Source: an uncultured archaeon
Lineage (GTDB): Archaea > Iainarchaeota > Iainarchaeia > Iainarchaeales > CAZJHM01
Direction of reading: 5' to 3'
DNA: 19,322 nt
NCBI GenBank assembly: GCA_964545925.1
Contig: CAZJHM010000002.1
Span: forward strand, 17,546-36,867
Below the pieces are notes generated by a model. It was not told the origin of the DNA, made no database searches, and saw only the letters and a list, made by a program, of their open reading frames with translations. Made by a program: the position numbers and the translations under genes. This document shows, in pieces, positions 15,224 to 19,322 of the stretch. How positions within the stretch are numbered: position 1 is the stretch's first letter; every line of letters begins with the position of its first letter.

Positions 15224-15703
15224 TCAGATTTTTTCTCTTTCTAAAATTATTTTATTAGTTAATCCATATTTCTGTTTTTTTATCAATCTTTTTTCTTCTA
15301 ATCTTAAAAGAGTTCTATGAACTTGTATTTTACTCATTCCTGTTTCTTTAACAATTTTTGATTGTGTGCTTTCTTCATCATTATTTGATAAATATTCAAT
15401 TATCTTTTTTTCATCAGGCAATAAAAAATCTCCCATTATTTGCTTTTTCATTTTTTTAACTTCTTTTTTTTCTTTTATTTCTTTTATTGTTAGTCCAGCT
15501 AAGAGACTAACTATACTTCCAACTAAAGCAAGAATGATTGAAATAATATTAACAGACCTAAATGCATCATTCATTTTCCTTTGATTAAAAATTGGAGATT
15601 GGAAAAAATTATTATCGTCTTCATTGTTTGCTCCATTTGGAAAATTTCCGTTTGGAAACCTATTCAAATCAATATTTCTTTCCACTTCAATTGTCTGAAA
15701 CAA
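15224..15703 (-). CDS. Membrane-anchored winged-helix (MarR/TrmB-like) transcriptional regulator. It has an N-terminal N/P-rich extracytoplasmic tail, a single TM helix, and a C-terminal cytoplasmic wHTH.
   Basis: TM helix is VNIISIILALVGSIVSLLAGLTI, followed by a positive-inside KEIKEKKEVKKMKKQ. The wHTH is LLPDEKKIIEYLSNNDEESTQSKIVKETGMSKIQVHRTLLRLEEKRLIKKQKYGLTNKII. The start is uncertain. The longest ORF begins with TTG at 15703 and has 43 stop-free upstream codons, which is unlikely by chance in this AT-rich DNA. The first ATG is at 15574 (116-aa version) and has an AAAGGA element upstream. Confidence 0.55.
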   Translation of the reverse strand: MFQTIEVERNIDLNRFPNGNFPNGANNEDDNNFFQSPIFNQRKMNDAFRSVNIISIILALVGSIVSLLAGLTIKEIKEKKEVKKMKKQIMGDFLLPDEKKIIEYLSNNDEESTQSKIVKETGMSKIQVHRTLLRLEEKRLIKKQKYGLTNKIILEREKI

Positions 15704-16125
15704 TCTCGGAAACCCTTAGCACTTTAACTCTTTTTTTAGGAGCAATAGCAGCAATTTCTCTTTTAGTTGGAGCAGTTGGAGTTGCAAACAGTATGTTTAC
15801 CTCTGTTCTTGAAAAAACAAGAGAAATTGGAATTCTAAAAGCTTTAGGAGCAACAGAAAATGAAGTTCTTCTTCTTTTTATATTTGAATCTGGGCTTTTT
15901 GGTTTTGTAGGAGGTGTCCTTGGAATTTTATTAAGTTATATTCTTTCTTATGCAATGCTTATTTTTGGAATAACTCTTTTTTCATCTTCTTCTCAAGTTT
16001 ATATAAGCCCTGTTCTGATAATAGGTGCAATTATAATGTCCACTTTGATTGGAATTGTTTCAGGTGTTTTTCCAGCTCGCTCAGCCTCTAAACTTAAACC
16101 AATAGAAGTTCTTCGCCAAAACTAA
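15592..16125 (+). pseudogene. N-terminally truncated FtsX/MacB-family ABC transporter permease. Only the C-terminal FtsX domain (TM2-TM4) is present. It is probably a gene remnant.
   Basis: From about 15700 on, LSTLTLFLGAIAAISLLVGAVGVANSMFTSVLEKTREIGILKALGATENEVLLLFIFESGLFGFVGGVLGILLSY matches the conserved FtsX-domain core (compare ...[22 protein letters not shown]....I..QFL.EA...). TM1 and the large extracytoplasmic domain are missing. The first ~37 codons of the ORF are not protein-like and overlap the minus-strand regulator. No partner ATPase gene is adjacent. Confidence 0.5.
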
Positions 16126-16137
16126 TTTTTCTCTAAT

Positions 16138-16869
16138 TTAACACAACCCATTAAAATCAGAAGGAAGTCTTCCTTTCAAAAGAAGATAAAACAAATTATC
16201 AGTCAGCCAAATCTTTGCACAACCTAAATAAGGAACTACAAAAAATACTTTTCCTTGAATCTCATTTTCAGAAACAGGATAAAGTGTTATACAAGCTTTT
16301 TTAGGCAAGCCATTAATAATTACTCCACAATCTTGGTCAATAGTTGGATTCTTCAAACTATCTCCTTTTGTTAAATAATATTTTCCATCTAAAGCCTGAA
16401 TCCCTAATACAGTTCTATGTATTATAGATTTTTTCTGCAACTCAGACCAATAAACAACAATATCTCCACTAGTTTCTAATTCAATTTTCTTTCCCTCTAA
16501 ATTTATTGTCTTTGCTCTTAAAACATTATCAACTATTTCGTATTCTATTTCTCCAATTTCTGAAAAACTTTTTCCTTTAATATATTTCTCTATGGAAACT
16601 TCAAGAGAATTTATTTCTCCTCCTCCCCAAAGAAAGATTATATCTCCTCTATTTAATACAGGTTCCATAGATGCACTCATTACAACACTTATTGGCATAT
16701 CTGTCTGAAAGACTAAGCCCAAAAACAAAAGAAAGAGCCATGCAAAAACAAATGCACTAACCAAATGAACAATAAATTCTCTATTACTATCTCCATTAGG
16801 ATTAACAACAGGCATTAGATATTTATCAACATAAAAAAAAGGGTCTAACCATTTAAGTTTATCCTTCAT
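16138..16869 (-). CDS. Signal peptidase I, archaeal/eukaryotic Sec11 type (S26B).
   Basis: Catalytic Ser box VVMSASMEPVLNRGDIIF (SxSMxP..rGD), His box SIIHRTV, and TKGDSLKNPTIDQD (compare the GDNN..D box). There is an N-terminal TM anchor. The ATGA overlap at 16866-16869 couples it to the upstream gene. Confidence 0.8.
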   Translation of the reverse strand: MKDKLKWLDPFFYVDKYLMPVVNPNGDSNREFIVHLVSAFVFAWLFLLFLGLVFQTDMPISVVMSASMEPVLNRGDIIFLWGGGEINSLEVSIEKYIKGKSFSEIGEIEYEIVDNVLRAKTINLEGKKIELETSGDIVVYWSELQKKSIIHRTVLGIQALDGKYYLTKGDSLKNPTIDQDCGVIINGLPKKACITLYPVSENEIQGKVFFVVPYLGCAKIWLTDNLFYLLLKGRLPSDFNGLC

Positions 16870-17504
16870 TTTTCCACTTTCTTATACTCAAAATAAGAAT
16901 AAGCAAATAAATATCCTGTGGCAAGCAAAATACAAACAATAAAGAAAATAAACAATCCCTTTATCATTCCAAGCAAAACCATCAAAACACAAATCAATCC
17001 AAATACTTTGAATATTTTTCCTCCCAATTTATTTGTTTTATCCCAAATTTTATCACTAGACATTGTCCAAGGAGTTCTTATTCCAATAAACCAATTTCTT
17101 TTTGATTTTTCCATTACAACTCCAGCATAAAATAAAATAACAGCAATTCCTCCAATTGTCATTGCCCCAATATCCAATTCATATCCATAATTAACAGTAA
17201 TTACAATTGCATGCAAATACAAAAGAAACAAAAGCAAAAGAACGACAAATTTTTCATAATATCCTTCAAACTTCTTAATATTTTTAGTTGGGTCAATTTT
17301 AGGAATAACCAAGAAAACAACAACCATTGCTAAACTGAGCAAAGGCATTATTGCCAATCCCCAAAACTTGTCCATATAACCATTTGCTTCTCCTTCTAGT
17401 CCCCAATGTGTAATCATTTCATCAGGCATTTGTTCATAGACTGCAAAAGAAAAAACAAACCCCAATAATATAATAATTAATGCAATTTTTTCCATACTAA
17501 TCAT
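16866..17504 (-). CDS. DUF1648 / SdpI(YfhL)-family polytopic membrane protein.
   Basis: N-terminal MPDEMITHWGLEGEANGY resembles the DUF1648 motif (P.HW...G..D). The near-diagnostic SdpI-family motif NWFIGIRTPWTMSS is present, with about six TM helices. The track start at 17513 is TTG; in-frame ATGs lie at 17504 and 17495. Confidence 0.65.
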   Translation of the reverse strand: MISMEKIALIIILLGFVFSFAVYEQMPDEMITHWGLEGEANGYMDKFWGLAIMPLLSLAMVVVFLVIPKIDPTKNIKKFEGYYEKFVVLLLLFLLYLHAIVITVNYGYELDIGAMTIGGIAVILFYAGVVMEKSKRNWFIGIRTPWTMSSDKIWDKTNKLGGKIFKVFGLICVLMVLLGMIKGLFIFFIVCILLATGYLFAYSYFEYKKVEK

Positions 17505-17585
17505 ACTCACCAAGCAAATAAAAAACTATCCTCTTTTATTTTCTCCATTCTAAAATATAATAACTCCGGCATTCAGCCTCCATCT

Positions 17586-17597
17586 CTTTTTTATACT
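17586..17597 (+). promoter_or_regulatory. Candidate TATA-like element CTTTTTTATACT about 25 bp upstream of the NurA start codon.
   Basis: A/T-rich box in the 112-bp divergent intergenic region between the SdpI-like gene and NurA. Confidence 0.25.
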
Positions 17598-17616
17598 TCT
17601 CTAACCCTTTTCTTTT

Positions 17617-18633
17617 ATGCATCACTCTTTGGACGAAATAATCCAAACATTAAAACAAAAAGAAACCCAACTTCAATCTTCTCTTTCCAATTTTCTCCAC
17701 AATCGTTCCCTTCAAAATTCACAAAACTTCCAAGAAAATCTAGTTATACCTCTCCAAAAGAAAATCCTAAGAGAAAAAATAGCAGGAGTAGATTCAGGAT
17801 TTGTAGATTTCAACTTCTCTCATCTCCAAGTAATCGCAGTCCGCACAACTTCTGCAATCTATTCTTTCAATGAAAAACTCCAAGAATATTCATATTATCC
17901 CCACTACTACTCACAACCTTTACTTTTCTACTCCGAGAAAACAGTTGATTCAAATGACTTAACTTTAAACAAAAATTTAATCCGTCTCCGTGAGGAAATC
18001 CAAACAGCAATTGAAACAATTGAAAAACATAAACCCCAATACCTTTACTTAGATGGAAGTATAGTCCCCCAATATTCTGAAAAACCAGCCCAAAACTCCA
18101 AACTAAAAAAAGAATATGAAGATTTAGTCCTTCTTTTTGAAACTCTTTACCTAACAGCAGAAAAAAATAATTGTCTTCTAATAGGTTGTGTAGAAGATTC
18201 AAGAGGCACAAGATTCACTGAACTTTTAGCAAAAGAAATAAACAAAGACATCTCTCTTTATGATACTCAATTTCTCCATTACTTCCTGCAACCCGGAGAA
18301 AGAACTTCTTTATTTTCATACACTCCTGAAAAACATCCTATTCTAATGGATTTTGATGAAAAATACAGAAACTCAATTTATGTTTTTTATCTAAAAGCTG
18401 GTTTAGACAAACCTCTAAGAATTGAATTCTTAAAAAAAGAGTCAGCAAAAGAAATAGCAGAAATAACATACACTCTTTCTTCTATTCACAGAACATATTC
18501 TTATCCATCTGTTTTAATAGAAGCAGATTTGCGCTCTCGCTTAAAGCCAAAAGAGATAGACTTTATATTTAATTCGATTATCAATAGAGTAGGAAAAGGA
18601 ATCTTAATGAGAAGAGAAAGGAGGCCATTCTAA
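17617..18633 (+). CDS. nurA: NurA-domain 5'-3' nuclease homologue.
   Basis: Motif I is KIAGVDSGF (NurA vDGS-type catalytic Asp). A later motif is YLYLDGSIVPQ. A C-terminal conserved block is YSYPSVLIEADLRSRL, matching the NurA YP.pl..AH..a motif. Length 338 aa is in the NurA range. A strong Shine-Dalgarno element (AAAGGAGG, 18616-18625) and a TAATG overlap couple it to the next gene. Confidence 0.6.
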   Translation: MHHSLDEIIQTLKQKETQLQSSLSNFLHNRSLQNSQNFQENLVIPLQKKILREKIAGVDSGFVDFNFSHLQVIAVRTTSAIYSFNEKLQEYSYYPHYYSQPLLFYSEKTVDSNDLTLNKNLIRLREEIQTAIETIEKHKPQYLYLDGSIVPQYSEKPAQNSKLKKEYEDLVLLFETLYLTAEKNNCLLIGCVEDSRGTRFTELLAKEINKDISLYDTQFLHYFLQPGERTSLFSYTPEKHPILMDFDEKYRNSIYVFYLKAGLDKPLRIEFLKKESAKEIAEITYTLSSIHRTYSYPSVLIEADLRSRLKPKEIDFIFNSIINRVGKGILMRRERRPF

Positions 18634-19274
18634 TGAAAGCACTTTTGTTTGACTTATGGGACACAATCGCTGTCTCTAAACATTTCATAAAAAATTTCAA
18701 AGAAACAATTAACATAGGCCCAGAAATCTCTCTAAAAGATTTTCATATTCGTCTAGCTCACACCTGCTTTACTCATCCTTTTCAAGATTACAATTCACTT
18801 GTTAAGGCAATTTTCTCAGAATTTGGAAAAAAACCAAATCCACAAGACATCTCAAAAGCAGTTTCTAAATTAGAAAATTTTTTCATAAATGCAGAACTTT
18901 TCCCAGACTCAAAATATATTTGGCAATTAAAAGAAAACTACAAGTTTGCTCTTTTAACCAATACAATATCTCCTAATTTTGATGAAATCTTGGAACTTTT
19001 AAACATAGAAAACAAGTTTGATGTTTTAGCTCCCTCTTTTCTCACAAACTCAATTAAACCTCAACCAGCAATCTACCAATATGCTCTTAAAAAATTAAAA
19101 CTAAATCCTCAAGACACAATGATGATTTCAGATTCAATAAAAGATTTAGATGGGGCAATTGTCTTGGATATCCATCCTTTATTAATAGATAGAAAAGACA
19201 AACATCAATATTCTCCAAAAATAAAATCTCTAAAAGAACTTCCAAAATATCTAGAGGGATTTGAATGGAAATAG
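18633..19274 (+). CDS. HAD-superfamily hydrolase, phosphatase-like, with an atypical motif I.
   Basis: Motif I region is LLFDLWDTIAV (D-x-x-D-T rather than the canonical DxDGT). Motif II is LLTNT. Motif IV is MISDSIKDLDGA (SDSxxD). A Lys lies before motif IV (NSIKPQPAIY). It is translationally coupled to NurA. Confidence 0.65.
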   Translation: MKALLFDLWDTIAVSKHFIKNFKETINIGPEISLKDFHIRLAHTCFTHPFQDYNSLVKAIFSEFGKKPNPQDISKAVSKLENFFINAELFPDSKYIWQLKENYKFALLTNTISPNFDEILELLNIENKFDVLAPSFLTNSIKPQPAIYQYALKKLKLNPQDTMMISDSIKDLDGAIVLDIHPLLIDRKDKHQYSPKIKSLKELPKYLEGFEWK

Positions 19275-19322
19275 GAACAGTTGTCTCAACAACTCTCTCA
19301 CCTTCTCCAACAAAAGTAGATT
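19265..19322 (+). CDS. 5' end of a downstream gene (3'-partial) whose ATG overlaps the HAD stop. The N-terminus MEIGTVVSTTLSPSPTKVDF resembles the start of the HerA HAS-barrel; this is speculative.
   Basis: The frame is open to the end of the window. The resemblance is to archaeal HerA N-termini such as MEFIGYIVGETSSTEFYF and MIIGYVIGQATTQEALIL (M.IG.V...T...E..F). Only 19 codons are visible. Confidence 0.2.
   Translation, partial: MEIGTVVSTTLSPSPTKVD

Noticed and set aside
15366-15584. Plus ORF 15366..15584 (72 aa), examined as a possible missing N-terminal part of the FtsX permease in another frame.
   Set aside because: Its sequence (MLSSSLFDKYSIIFFSSGNKK...) shows no resemblance to a MacB/FtsX N-terminal or periplasmic domain. 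It is antisense to the wHTH regulator.
16918-18211. ORFs 16918..17130 (+) and 17867..18211 (-).
   Set aside because: Antisense to the SdpI-like and NurA genes, respectively.
1-19322. Searched for CRISPR arrays, rRNA genes, SRP RNA, RNase P RNA, transposase or integrase genes, and long inverted repeats.
   Set aside because: No regularly spaced direct repeats, rRNA-like GC-rich blocks or recombinase/transposase ORFs were found. The only GC-rich structured island is the tRNA-Gly. All intergenic spaces are 112 bp or shorter, too small for the larger RNAs. The tRNA is not flanked by an integrase or att-like duplication, so there is no evidence of an integrated element.

Overview
AT-rich (~30% GC), very gene-dense archaeal window. 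The gene content is archaeal throughout: SRP54, FtsY, LonB, PCNA, RNase P Rpp21, PTH2, the GGGP and DGGGP synthases of ether-lipid synthesis, an A24 preflagellin/prepilin peptidase, NurA, DUF373 and stomatin. Together with the AT-richness and many overlapping stop/start codons, this suggests a small-genome (possibly DPANN-like) archaeon; that is inference only. I call 24 protein genes, one of them 5'-partial, plus one tRNA-Gly(GCC), one truncated FtsX-like permease remnant, and a possible 3'-partial gene start. No rRNA, CRISPR array, transposase or integrase is visible. Most antisense ORFs in the supplied track are low-complexity shadows of the real genes. Several track starts are really TTG or GTG, and I moved these to nearby in-frame ATGs where one exists. 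The most interesting items are: (1) a class-III (type-IV-pilin-like) signal peptide fused to a LamG/concanavalin-like lectin domain, sitting where stomatin normally has an NfeD partner, with a candidate processing peptidase 7 kb away; (2) a translationally coupled NurA nuclease + HAD phosphatase pair, possibly followed by HerA, as a candidate DNA-end-processing or defence module; (3) a degenerate RtcA/Rcl1-like protein lacking the cyclase catalytic signatures; (4) a tRNA-Gly placed 12 nt upstream of the RNase P protein gene Rpp21; (5) a membrane-tethered winged-helix regulator beside a decayed FtsX permease fragment; (6) two divergent gene pairs whose start codons sit symmetrically around a single palindromic TATA-like element.
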